Source of the DNA: an uncultured Thiomicrospira sp.
GTDB taxonomy: Bacteria; Pseudomonadota; Gammaproteobacteria; CAKMZV01
Assembly (NCBI GenBank): GCA_965195345.1
Contig: OZ239628.1
Span: 96,001 to 160,000, forward strand
DNA: 64,000 nt
Direction of reading: 5' to 3'
A program made the position numbers and the translations under genes. This document shows positions 9,975-19,359 of this stretch, piece by piece. The notes beneath the pieces were generated by a model. It was not told the DNA's origin and made no database searches. It saw nothing but the letters and a program-made list of their open reading frames with translations. Position 1 is the first letter of the stretch. Every line of letters begins with the position of its first letter.

Positions 9975-11282
9975 ATGAATTTAGAAAAAATAGCAAAATC
10001 GGAAGGAATTAAATATTTTCTAATCAGCTTTGTTGATTTATTCGGTGTGTTACGGGCAAAAATGGTGCCCGCTGCTGCCATAGCCGACATGCAGGAGAAT
10101 GGTGCGGGGTTTGCGGGATTTGCTGCTTGGATGGATATGACACCAGCGCATCCAGACACCCTCACAATGCCTGATGCTAATTCACTCATCCAGTTGCCTT
10201 GGAAGCCTGAAATTGGTTGGCTGAGTGGCGACTTATGGATGGATGGCAAACCTGTTGAATCTTGTCCACGCGTGGCTTTAAAGCGTCAAATAGAGAAATG
10301 TGATAAATTGGGAATGCGCCCTAAAACCGGCGTTGAATGCGAGTTTTTCCTCGTTGATCCTTCAGGCACAGTATTGGCTGACCCTGCTGACGTCCAAGAG
10401 AAACCTTGCTACGATCAACAAGCATTGATGCGCCGATATGACATTATCAGTGAAATTTGTGATGCGATGCTCTCATTGGGTTGGGAGCCTTATCAAAACG
10501 ACCATGAAGATGCCAACGGGCAATTTGAAATGAATTGGGCATTTGATGATGCTTTGGTTACTGCAGATCGGCATACGTTTTTCAAGTACATGGCAAAATC
10601 AATCGCTGAAAAACATGGTCTAAGGGCCACATTTATGCCAAAACCATTTGCTAATTTAACGGGCAATGGTTGTCATGCACACATTTCTATGTGGAATAAG
10701 AATGGCAGCAAAAATGAATTTCTGGATTCTAAAGACAAACGCAAGCTCGGTTTATCTACGACCGCCTATCAATTCCTCGGCGGAATTATGGATAATGCGC
10801 AAGCACTCTGTGCATTCTTCAATCCAACAGTCAACAGCTATAAACGCATTAACACGTCAACTAGTTCTTCAGGCGCATCGTGGTCGCCTTCGACTATTAC
10901 TTACAGTGGCAACAATAGAACACATTTAGTACGTGTGCCGGGCGATGGTCGTTTTGAGTTGCGTTTGATGGATGGCGCAGCCAATCCATTTTTAATGCAA
11001 GCAGGTGTTATTGCTGCAGGTCTTGATGGTATTTCCAAAAAGACTAACCCAGGTGACCCTCTGCATATCAACATGTATACTGACCCTTATGAGGCTAAAG
11101 AGTCCGAAAAACTGCCACTAAACTTGCTTGATGCTCTGCGCTTACTTGATAAAAATAAAATCATCCGTGCGCAACTTGGTGATGAATTGGTTGATGGATT
11201 TCTAAAGCTAAAGCACCAAGAATTAAATCGATTTAATGCCAGCGTTTCCGATTGGGAACGCATTAACACTTTGGATTGTTAA
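9975..11282 (+). CDS. gmaS: Gamma-glutamylmethylamide synthetase (glutamate--methylamine ligase, GlnT type)
   Basis: YFLISFVDLFG.RAK.VP, GAGFAGFA, KPCYDQQALMR, YQNDHEDANGQFEMNW, GNGCHAH, NRTHLVRVP, RFELRLMDG. Confidence 0.9.
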   Translation: MNLEKIAKSEGIKYFLISFVDLFGVLRAKMVPAAAIADMQENGAGFAGFAAWMDMTPAHPDTLTMPDANSLIQLPWKPEIGWLSGDLWMDGKPVESCPRVALKRQIEKCDKLGMRPKTGVECEFFLVDPSGTVLADPADVQEKPCYDQQALMRRYDIISEICDAMLSLGWEPYQNDHEDANGQFEMNWAFDDALVTADRHTFFKYMAKSIAEKHGLRATFMPKPFANLTGNGCHAHISMWNKNGSKNEFLDSKDKRKLGLSTTAYQFLGGIMDNAQALCAFFNPTVNSYKRINTSTSSSGASWSPSTITYSGNNRTHLVRVPGDGRFELRLMDGAANPFLMQAGVIAAGLDGISKKTNPGDPLHINMYTDPYEAKESEKLPLNLLDALRLLDKNKIIRAQLGDELVDGFLKLKHQELNRFNASVSDWERINTLDC

Positions 11283-11283
11283 C

Positions 11284-12531
11284 ATGCCTATTGGTCTTCT
11301 AAAATACGGACTTTCAGGTAAGTATTACCCAGTTAAGAAACATTTTACCCCGAGCAGCACCCCGCTTAAAAAACATTACGATGTTGTCATTATAGGTGGT
11401 GGTGGGCACGGTGCTGCAATTGCCTATTATTTATCAAAATATCATGGGATAAAGAATGTTGCGATTCTGGAAAAAAATTACCTTGGCGGTGGCAATACAG
11501 CAAGAAATACCGCCGTATTGCGCGCGAACTATCTAACGGAAGAAGGCATTACTTTTTATCGCGAATCAATGAAACTTTATCGAAGCTTGAGCGATGAGTT
11601 TGATTACAACATTCTATGGGAAAACCGTGGGCAACTTACTTTGGCGCACTCGGATGCCGCAATTCGCAGTTTCCGTTGGCGTGCTGAAATGAACAAAGAG
11701 TTTGGCGTTGGATCGGAAATGATTGACTTAAAGGAAATTAAAAAACTCGTACCTCTATTAAATACACGTGATGATGTCCGTTTTCCTGTCTTAGCAGGAC
11801 TATGGCACTATGATGGCGGTACAGCGCGCCATGACGCTGTAGCATGGGGATTTGCAAAAGGCGCTTGTGAACGTGGCGTTGAGTTGCACCAATGCACCGA
11901 AGTACTTGGCATGGAAGTCAAAAACAATAAAGTCACTACGGTAAAAACTAATCGCGGTGACATATCTTGCTCTCAAGTAGTGCAAGCGGTTGCTGGTATG
12001 AGTTCCCCTGTTGCTAAAATGGTTGGAATCTCCTTGCCCATCCACACCTACCCCTTGCAAGCGATGGTTACCCAACCTTACAAACCAATTATTTCTCCAT
12101 TAGTGAGCTCGCCGCATCTGCATGTATATATTCAACAGACTTCTCGAGGAGAGATGGTTATCGGTGGTGGCTCTGATCCATACCCTCTTTATAGCACACG
12201 CTCTTCACTTGAACTAAAAGAGACACTCGCTTCTGCCGCATGTGAATTATTCCCATTCTTTAAGGAATTAAGAGTTCTGCGTCAATGGGCAGGAATTACT
12301 GATATGACTCCTGATTACAGCCCAATAATGGGCAAAAGCCCTATCGATAACTATTACCTTGATGCAGGTTGGGGAACGTGGGGTTTTAAAGCAACGCCCA
12401 TCTCAGGAAAAACCATTGCGGAATTAGTCGCAACAAATAAAGTCCCAGACTTGATCGCGCCCTTTGCATTATCAAGATTTGATAATTATGCGCTGGTCAA
12501 CGAAGCGGGTGCAACAGCTGCCAGTCACTAA
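11284..12531 (+). CDS. mgdA: N-methylglutamate dehydrogenase / sarcosine oxidase beta subunit (FAD)
   Basis: GGGGHG dinucleotide motif, GGNTARNTAVLRANY, ARHDAVAWG, RQWAGITDMTPDYSPIMG, GWGTWGFKATP, C-terminal GATAASH; ATG at 11284 abuts the gmaS stop. Confidence 0.8.
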   Translation: MPIGLLKYGLSGKYYPVKKHFTPSSTPLKKHYDVVIIGGGGHGAAIAYYLSKYHGIKNVAILEKNYLGGGNTARNTAVLRANYLTEEGITFYRESMKLYRSLSDEFDYNILWENRGQLTLAHSDAAIRSFRWRAEMNKEFGVGSEMIDLKEIKKLVPLLNTRDDVRFPVLAGLWHYDGGTARHDAVAWGFAKGACERGVELHQCTEVLGMEVKNNKVTTVKTNRGDISCSQVVQAVAGMSSPVAKMVGISLPIHTYPLQAMVTQPYKPIISPLVSSPHLHVYIQQTSRGEMVIGGGSDPYPLYSTRSSLELKETLASAACELFPFFKELRVLRQWAGITDMTPDYSPIMGKSPIDNYYLDAGWGTWGFKATPISGKTIAELVATNKVPDLIAPFALSRFDNYALVNEAGATAASH

Positions 12532-12546
12532 ATTTTAAGGAGAAAA

Positions 12547-13884
12547 ATGCAAACACACAATCTGCCTTCATCCATTGACTACCTAATTATTGGAGCAGGA
12601 ATGCATGGCTTGTCAACTGCTTATCATTTAGCAAAATTGCAGCCAAACAAGTCAATCGCCATTGTTGATAAAAATGAGCTCGGAAAAGGAGCCACAAGCA
12701 TCGCTTGTGGTGTCGTACGTAATAACTATTTTCAGCCCGCTATGCGTAAACTAATGGCGCACTCCGTTGGTTTGTGGGAAAAGCATGCTAAAGAACTGTA
12801 CTACCATTCTGTTGGCTATATGCAAATTAGCATGGAAAGCATGCATGAAGATATTGCCTCAATTTATCAACAGCAGAAAGAAATTGGCTATGAGTCTGTT
12901 TTTATTGAAGGCGAGAAAGCGTCGATGGACTACATGAAAAATATGTTCAGCGATTGGCAAGCTCCATCAATCACCTCAGTACTGCACGAAAAAAGAGGCG
13001 GTTTCTCCCACAATACTTTAGCTATTAACGGTTTGGCAAAAATGGTACGCGATGCTGGTGTTGACATTCATACGAATGTAGAAGTCACATCAATGAAACG
13101 TGAAAGTTCGAGCAACGCAATTAAATCTGTAGAAACCTCTCAAGGAAATATTGAAGTTGGAGAGGTCATTGTAGCGCCCGGTCCTTGGGTTCGATCTTTT
13201 TGGAAAATGCTTGATTTGCCAGAGACTATTCAGATAAAAGGGAGAGATGGTCAAATGTATGACTCCCAAATGTGGCACTATTGGATGTTGCAAGAAGGTG
13301 TACTCAATATGCCTCCTTCATCGCTGTATACAAATGACAATCGTGTCCCTCCTGTGCTACACGTTGATTCCGATGCACCACTGTATTCTGATTCGACTGG
13401 AAAACGCCTCACTGCCGAAGGAGAGTCTTGGGGCATATACTACAAGCCTGACGAACACTTTGGCGGTATACAAGGGGGCTATGCTCCGTATCGCTTGGAG
13501 GAAGATAATGATAAGGTGGCAATTGAACCTTACGGAAAGCATTCGAAAAAATATCTTGTTACCGACCACTTTGTTGATGTATGGTGTTCTGCTTTAGCAG
13601 CCTGCATGCAACGTTTTGAAGGAAAGTCAGGTTTGTATAAACGTGAACCTTCTGGAGGCTTGGGTTGTTTGACTCCTGATAACTTTCCTATATTTGATCG
13701 CTACAGCGACAATGTCTATATCATTGCGGACGCTAACCATGGCTACAAAATGCTTGGAGTAGGTCAATTGGTTGCACAAGAGATTTCTGGAGAGCCCGCT
13801 GAATTACTTAAACCATTCCGTTTTGATCGTTATGAAAAGGGTGAACTTCATCCATTAAGTAACTCTCCATTTCCATGGAGTTAA
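12547..13884 (+). CDS. FAD-dependent oxidoreductase, DAO/SoxB-like family, substrate unknown
   Basis: IIGAGMHGLS Rossmann motif, GATSIACGVVRNNY, GGLGCLTPDNFP, ADANHGYK. Confidence 0.8.
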   Translation: MQTHNLPSSIDYLIIGAGMHGLSTAYHLAKLQPNKSIAIVDKNELGKGATSIACGVVRNNYFQPAMRKLMAHSVGLWEKHAKELYYHSVGYMQISMESMHEDIASIYQQQKEIGYESVFIEGEKASMDYMKNMFSDWQAPSITSVLHEKRGGFSHNTLAINGLAKMVRDAGVDIHTNVEVTSMKRESSSNAIKSVETSQGNIEVGEVIVAPGPWVRSFWKMLDLPETIQIKGRDGQMYDSQMWHYWMLQEGVLNMPPSSLYTNDNRVPPVLHVDSDAPLYSDSTGKRLTAEGESWGIYYKPDEHFGGIQGGYAPYRLEEDNDKVAIEPYGKHSKKYLVTDHFVDVWCSALAACMQRFEGKSGLYKREPSGGLGCLTPDNFPIFDRYSDNVYIIADANHGYKMLGVGQLVAQEISGEPAELLKPFRFDRYEKGELHPLSNSPFPWS

Positions 13885-13953
13885 GCAAAACGAAGGTATA
13901 TGCTATAAACTGTATTTTATTGTTTTTTATTTTTAATAATCGAAGGAGAATGT

Positions 13954-15420
13954 ATGACAGACCTAGACAAACACGTTAATCAGCCTGGTCGTGCTGATTT
14001 AGTAAAACAAGTTCGTGAAAAAATAAATGAGCTGGGCATAACTTATGTGTATTTCCAATTCATTTCAGTTACTGGACGCATCGTTGGTAAAGGCATTCCT
14101 GCCGATCACTGGGAACGCGTCGCTGAAAAAGGATTCCAACTTGTATATGGCTCAACCGCCAACTTATATGTAGATAGACATGGCGAATATATCGGCTATG
14201 GTCCTGAGTCTTCAGAGTTAGTAGGTATTCCCGACCCTGAAACATTTTGTCAACTACCTTGGGACAAACGTATTGCCCGTGTTTTTTGTACTTGTTTTCG
14301 CAATCGCGAAGAAAAAGTCAATCCAGGTGGACATCTAACCTCTGACTGTCGCGGTAACCTACGTCAGCACATGCGTGAAATGGAAAACGAGCATGGCTTG
14401 CACATGCGTTGCGGCACAGAGCCAGAAATGATGTGGTTAAAACGCGATGAAAATGGAAAACTTGCTGGTATAACCAAACCTAATTGCTATCATATAGATC
14501 AATTTGAAGAATTGCGTAAACCTTTTATGCGCGTTGTTGAATATTCTCAAGCAATGGGTCTCGATATGATTCAAGGAGATCATGAAGACGCACCTGGGCA
14601 ACTCGAATTAAACTGGATGTTTGATGATGTCCTACGCAATGCCGATCGCTTATCCACCTACCGTCAAATATGTGCACAAGTAGGTCGTGAATTTGGTCTA
14701 GTTGCTTGTTTTATGACAAAACCATTCGTTGGTGTTTCTGCTTCAGGATGCCACCATAATATGTCTCTTTGGAAAGGCGGCAAAGACATTGTTAATCGCC
14801 TTCACAATGATGTTCTACCAGGACTTGAAGGCGTTTTCACTTATTCCGAAGGTGGTGAAAATACTTTTATGCCTGACCCAAGTATCGATAAATACAAACC
14901 CGGACCTGTAGGGTTAAAATCGATTGGAGGCGTTCTTAAAAACATTCGCGCTCTAACTGCCATCGGATCGTCCACTGTCAACTCTTATCGTCGTCTATGG
15001 GATACCGGTTTCTGGGCTCCAGTTTTTGCTGATTGGGGTTATCAAAATAGAACTTGTGGATTACGTGTATCGGCGCCCGGTCGCTTCGAATATCGTTCAG
15101 TCGATTCCATGGTTAATCCATATTTAATGGGTAGTGCTTTAATAAAAAGCTTTGCTGATGGCATCACAAATGATCTGGATCCAGGCGAGCCTGAAGAACG
15201 CAACATCTATGAAGCACAGCAAGCGGGTAAAAACGTTGAACGCTTGCCTATGTCATTAGGCGAGGCTTTGGACGCACTGGAAGCAAACGAAGTGATTAAA
15301 TCTGCTATGCCCGATGAGATGTATACCGTCTTTTCTCACTACAAGCGCAATGAGTGGGAAATGTTTAACCATACGGTTACTGATTGGGATTTGGAAACTT
15401 ATTGGGATTACCTCCCATAA
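13954..15420 (+). CDS. Second glutamine synthetase-family (gamma-glutamyl ligase) protein
   Basis: GTEPE, GDHEDAPGQLELN, FMTKPF, SGCHHNMSLW, NSYRRL, NRTCGLRV, RFEYRSVD, NPYL motifs. Confidence 0.85.
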   Translation: MTDLDKHVNQPGRADLVKQVREKINELGITYVYFQFISVTGRIVGKGIPADHWERVAEKGFQLVYGSTANLYVDRHGEYIGYGPESSELVGIPDPETFCQLPWDKRIARVFCTCFRNREEKVNPGGHLTSDCRGNLRQHMREMENEHGLHMRCGTEPEMMWLKRDENGKLAGITKPNCYHIDQFEELRKPFMRVVEYSQAMGLDMIQGDHEDAPGQLELNWMFDDVLRNADRLSTYRQICAQVGREFGLVACFMTKPFVGVSASGCHHNMSLWKGGKDIVNRLHNDVLPGLEGVFTYSEGGENTFMPDPSIDKYKPGPVGLKSIGGVLKNIRALTAIGSSTVNSYRRLWDTGFWAPVFADWGYQNRTCGLRVSAPGRFEYRSVDSMVNPYLMGSALIKSFADGITNDLDPGEPEERNIYEAQQAGKNVERLPMSLGEALDALEANEVIKSAMPDEMYTVFSHYKRNEWEMFNHTVTDWDLETYWDYLP

Positions 15421-15436
15421 CAACAGGTGTTTTCTT

Positions 15437-15468
15437 CATTATTGAGCGTGCTTTCACGCTCAATAATG
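15437..15468 (+). terminator. Perfect 14-bp stem-loop between the GS-like gene and mgsA (terminator or mRNA stabiliser)
   Basis: CATTATTGAGCGTG-CTTT-CACGCTCAATAATG; only a weak U tract follows. Confidence 0.6.
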
Positions 15469-15503
15469 TTAACTAAAATTTATCTACAATCTAAGGAGAG
15501 AAT

Positions 15504-16439
15504 ATGTGCGGAATCGCAGGAATTATTCATAGAGGCGGTCCTTCCAAAAGTCTTGGAAAGGAGATGACTGCAATGTTGCAATCTCTGAAACATAGAGGAC
15601 CAGACTCTACTGGTTTTGCAATGTATGGGAGTGATCGAACCAACTATATTGTTCGTTTCAAAACCGCTGAACAAGAAGACATGGCAAAAGGATTTGAAAT
15701 AGGTGACAAAGTCAAACTACGAAAAGCAGAAGTTAATAGTCGTTTGAACACTTTGGGAGCTCAAATCATTGCTGAAGAAAGCCCTACTGAATATGCGCAT
15801 CGATATGAGGTCGCTTTTAGCGGAGATTTGAAAAAGATGGCAGACTACATTGAGGATATTGAAGGCGTTGAAATCATGTCAATAGGCAATACTCTTGAAC
15901 TTATAAAAGACTTGGGTGATTCGGCTGATGTGGCTGGAGCATATGAGATTGCATCGTTTGCTGGAACACATGCTATTGGACACACACGCATGGCTACTGA
16001 ATCAGACGTTGATATGCGTTCTGCCCACCCATATTGGGCATATCCATTCAGTGATGTTTCGGTGGTACATAACGGACAACTCACTAACTATTGGACTAAT
16101 CGCCGTGATCTTGAACGTAGTGGTCATCGTTTTTCATCAGACTGTGATTCCGAGTTAATTGCGGTCTATATTGCTGACCGGATGAATCAAGGAGATGACC
16201 TTGAGTCCGCGATGAAGCGCTCTATTGACTTTCTTGATGGCGTATTTACTTATATTATCGCAACACGTGATCAAATGGGTATGGCCAAAGATGTTATGGC
16301 AGCAAAACCAATGGTTCTGCACGAGAGCGAAAATCTGATTGTAATGGCTTCTGAAGAAATAGCCATTCGTCAGGTGTTCGATCACGATGTAGACACCTAT
16401 GATCCTTACCATGGAGAGGTAAAAGTATGGGCCAATTAA
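15504..16439 (+). CDS. mgsA: N-methylglutamate synthase subunit A (class II amidotransferase, GlxB)
   Basis: N-terminal MCGIAG, HRGPDSTG, GHTRMATES, HNGQLTN, CDSE. Confidence 0.85.
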   Translation: MCGIAGIIHRGGPSKSLGKEMTAMLQSLKHRGPDSTGFAMYGSDRTNYIVRFKTAEQEDMAKGFEIGDKVKLRKAEVNSRLNTLGAQIIAEESPTEYAHRYEVAFSGDLKKMADYIEDIEGVEIMSIGNTLELIKDLGDSADVAGAYEIASFAGTHAIGHTRMATESDVDMRSAHPYWAYPFSDVSVVHNGQLTNYWTNRRDLERSGHRFSSDCDSELIAVYIADRMNQGDDLESAMKRSIDFLDGVFTYIIATRDQMGMAKDVMAAKPMVLHESENLIVMASEEIAIRQVFDHDVDTYDPYHGEVKVWAN

Positions 16440-17269
16440 ATCAAGATAAATCCCAATTGATGGGTCTGCACGGCGAACAACTGTCAGGACGAACACAGCA
16501 ACAATTTTTTTCAGTGGATGAAAGTGCTAATCTAACGTACCCGTTTTCATTCGATGTTGATTTCAATAAAAAAGAAGTTATTGATGCTGAAGACCTTACG
16601 CCCACTGAGATTAACTTACAAATTCGAAAATTGATGGAAAATGGTATCGGTTCTATCACAGTGAAAAATCCCAAAGCACGCCATGGTTTAGGCGTTGGAA
16701 TCCTCAATCGTTTAAACCTTACTTTTGAAGGCAGCCTCGGGTATTTTGGTTGTGGCTTGGTTGATGGAGCTAACATTCATATTACAGGTCGTGTTGGTTG
16801 GTCATGCGCCGAAAACATGATGGCTGGCACGGTGGTCATTGAGAAGAATGGCGGTTCTACTTTCGGAGCAGCAATTCGTGGTGGCGACCTTGTTTGTAAA
16901 GGATCTGTTGGAGCTCGGACTGGGATCGACCAAAAGGGTGGAACTATCATTGTCGGTGGCAAAACAGGTGCATTTTCTGGATTCATGATGCAACGTGGTC
17001 GCATGATTATTTGTGGCGATGCAGGAATAAACCTTGGCGACTCCATGTACGATGGAACAATATATGTTGGTGGCGATATTGAGGGATTGGGGGTTGATGC
17101 TGTTGAGGCAGAAATAACCGACCTAGATATTGCTTGGCTTGAAGGGAAACTCTCCTTGTATGCCATTGAAGCACCTTGTGGTGTGAAAAACATGAAAAAA
17201 ATCGTTTCTGGAAAACAGCTGTGGAATTACGACAGTCTTGAACCCAGTGAGAAAAAACTCGTTCTGTAA
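16427..17269 (+). CDS. mgsB: N-methylglutamate synthase subunit B (GXGXG / GltB C-terminal-like, GlxC)
   Basis: Gly-rich beta-helix repeats (GSLGYFG, GRVGWSCAENMMAG, GARTGIDQKGG, GFMMQRG, LGDSMYDG). Confidence 0.85.
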   Translation: MGQLNQDKSQLMGLHGEQLSGRTQQQFFSVDESANLTYPFSFDVDFNKKEVIDAEDLTPTEINLQIRKLMENGIGSITVKNPKARHGLGVGILNRLNLTFEGSLGYFGCGLVDGANIHITGRVGWSCAENMMAGTVVIEKNGGSTFGAAIRGGDLVCKGSVGARTGIDQKGGTIIVGGKTGAFSGFMMQRGRMIICGDAGINLGDSMYDGTIYVGGDIEGLGVDAVEAEITDLDIAWLEGKLSLYAIEAPCGVKNMKKIVSGKQLWNYDSLEPSEKKLVL

Positions 17270-17307
17270 AGGAACTTGATACACCGTTAAATATTAGAGG
17301 TATATAT

Positions 17308-18645
17308 ATGAGTACAAATGACGATCGATATCGTTTAGGAAAAAGTTTCATGTTCCCCAAAGAGGTGATGAATGACATTCATATCAAATCCGAATTGGGC
17401 CGTTATAGAATGCGTGGATTCTCGCTTTTCAAAAAAATCCCTACTTGGGATGATCTAACATTCATGCCAGGAACGTTAACGCGTTTTGTAATCGAAGGTT
17501 ATCGTGAGAAATGCGAAACAAAAACCATTATTGGTCCTAATGCTAAAAAACCATTAGAACTCGACATTCCTATTTACGTTACTGGAATGAGCTTTGGCGC
17601 TTTAAGCTACGAGGCAAAAGTAGCACTTGCTCGTGGTGCAACCATGGCAGGAACAGCTACTTGTTCAGGCGAAGGCGGTATGATTCCTGATGAACGCCGT
17701 TATTCAAGTAAGTGGTTCTACCAATGCATCCAATCACGTTATGGCTTTAACCCGAATCACTTGCGCTTAGCTGATGCTGTTGAATTTTTCATCGGTCAAG
17801 GGTGTAAAGTCGGTTTAGGAGGGCATTTAATGGGACAGAAAGTAACCGATCAAGTTGCTGAAATGCGTTCACTTCCAGCAGGTATTGATCAACGATCTCC
17901 TGCGCGCCATCCTGATTGGTTAGGCCCAGATGATCTGGCGCTGAAAATCGAAGAAATTCGTGAAGCAACCGATGGTCAAATTCCCATTCAGTTAAAACTT
18001 GGGGCAGCACGTGTATACGATGATGTGCGTATGGCTGCTAAAACTGGTGCTGATAGCATTTATATTGATGGCATGGAAGGTGGCACAGGTGCAGGGCCTC
18101 ACCTTGCAACTGAAGAAACAGGAGTACCGGGTATTGCTGCCATCCGTCAAGCCAGACGCGCGCTGGAAGATGTGGGGAAATCAGGTGAAATCACTCTTAT
18201 CTACGCAGGTGGTATTCGCAATGGCGGTGATGTTGCCAAAGCATTAGCACTGGGCGCTGATGGTGTCGCTATTGGACATTCCGCTCTTATGGCATTAAAC
18301 TGCAATAAAGACATCCCTGAAGCGGATTATGAAAAAGAAATGGGCGTTAAAGCAGGAGAATGCTATCACTGTCACACGGGTCGTTGCCCTGTGGGCGTTG
18401 CTACGCAAGACCCTGAGTTACGTAAACGCCTTGATCCCGATGCCGCCGCTGAACGCGTGTACAACTTTCTACATTGCCTTGCCATTGAATGTCAAATGAT
18501 GGCTCGTGCTTGTGGTAAAACAAATGTTCACTCACTGGAGCCCGAAGATTTATCTGCTTTAACAATGGAAGCTTCTGCCATGGCAGGTGTTCCACTGGCA
18601 GGTACGCAACACACGGTCGGCCATCCAGACATGAAACGCTTTTAA
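17308..18645 (+). CDS. mgsC: N-methylglutamate synthase subunit C (FMN-binding glutamate synthase family, GlxD)
   Basis: GMSFGALS, SGEGGM, GQGCKVGLGGHL, SPARHPD, DGMEGGTGA, Fe-S motif CYHCHTGRCPVGVATQD. Confidence 0.9.
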   Translation: MSTNDDRYRLGKSFMFPKEVMNDIHIKSELGRYRMRGFSLFKKIPTWDDLTFMPGTLTRFVIEGYREKCETKTIIGPNAKKPLELDIPIYVTGMSFGALSYEAKVALARGATMAGTATCSGEGGMIPDERRYSSKWFYQCIQSRYGFNPNHLRLADAVEFFIGQGCKVGLGGHLMGQKVTDQVAEMRSLPAGIDQRSPARHPDWLGPDDLALKIEEIREATDGQIPIQLKLGAARVYDDVRMAAKTGADSIYIDGMEGGTGAGPHLATEETGVPGIAAIRQARRALEDVGKSGEITLIYAGGIRNGGDVAKALALGADGVAIGHSALMALNCNKDIPEADYEKEMGVKAGECYHCHTGRCPVGVATQDPELRKRLDPDAAAERVYNFLHCLAIECQMMARACGKTNVHSLEPEDLSALTMEASAMAGVPLAGTQHTVGHPDMKRF

Positions 18646-18659
18646 ACAGGAGAAACACA

Positions 18660-19052
18660 ATGACTGACAAAAAACAAGATGCTGATTATTTCTTAAAATC
18701 TGATGGACTTGATTCCAATCGCGAAAAAGAGATTGGTCAGCACATCGGTTATCGTTATGATGTTAACCTCGTGCCTGATATGAAGTATATCACGCCGTTT
18801 TTACAATCTTATATTGAAAAAATGGGCTGGTCTGACTTAAATTGGTTAGAAGATGTTCATATGGGCTATGAGGAAAATCGTGCAGCCGTATTTGATCGAA
18901 ATATTAATGGTTGGGTTACCGTTCCAGATAGTATAACGCTGCCCGATAATCAGCAAGAGCGTGATATGATCGCCCGTGAATTGCTTATTAAATTTCAAAT
19001 GTCTGGGAAACACCCTCTTGTTGATTTAATCAAAGCATACCGCAAGTTCTAA
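18660..19052 (+). CDS. Hypothetical protein (130 aa) inside the N-methylglutamate operon
   Basis: AGGAGA RBS; stop overlaps the mgdB start (TAATG); no recognisable family. Confidence 0.75.
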   Translation: MTDKKQDADYFLKSDGLDSNREKEIGQHIGYRYDVNLVPDMKYITPFLQSYIEKMGWSDLNWLEDVHMGYEENRAAVFDRNINGWVTVPDSITLPDNQQERDMIARELLIKFQMSGKHPLVDLIKAYRKF

Positions 19053-19327
19053 TGAAACAAATGCCCTGTCCTCTAAATGGTCTGCGCAACATTTCCGAAT
19101 TCAATTATGGTGGTGAAGTAGAAATGATGCCAGACCATACAAAGGTTGATAATAAACAGTGGTCTCAATATGTCTTCTATCATGAAAACCCTTTAGGAAT
19201 AGTGCGTGAATGGTGGTGCCATGCGCCTACCAGCTATTGGTTTATCGCAGAACGTAATACATCAACCGATGAAATAGTAAAAACCTATGACGCTGGTAAG
19301 ATATATGATAAACGCGTTGATTTTTAG
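19052..19327 (+). CDS. mgdB: NMG dehydrogenase / sarcosine oxidase delta subunit
   Basis: CPLNGLRNISEFNYGG, EWWCH...WFIAERNT.TDEI (SoxD family). Confidence 0.85.
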   Translation: MKQMPCPLNGLRNISEFNYGGEVEMMPDHTKVDNKQWSQYVFYHENPLGIVREWWCHAPTSYWFIAERNTSTDEIVKTYDAGKIYDKRVDF

Positions 19328-19359
19328 ATCAAAATTCCGATAAAAATAAGAGATTTATT

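Noticed and set aside
9975-18645. Ordinary glutamine synthetase / glutamate synthase (GS-GOGAT) for ammonium assimilation
   Set aside because: Split three-gene GltB-like set plus GlnT-type motifs in a tdm/sox context match the N-methylglutamate pathway
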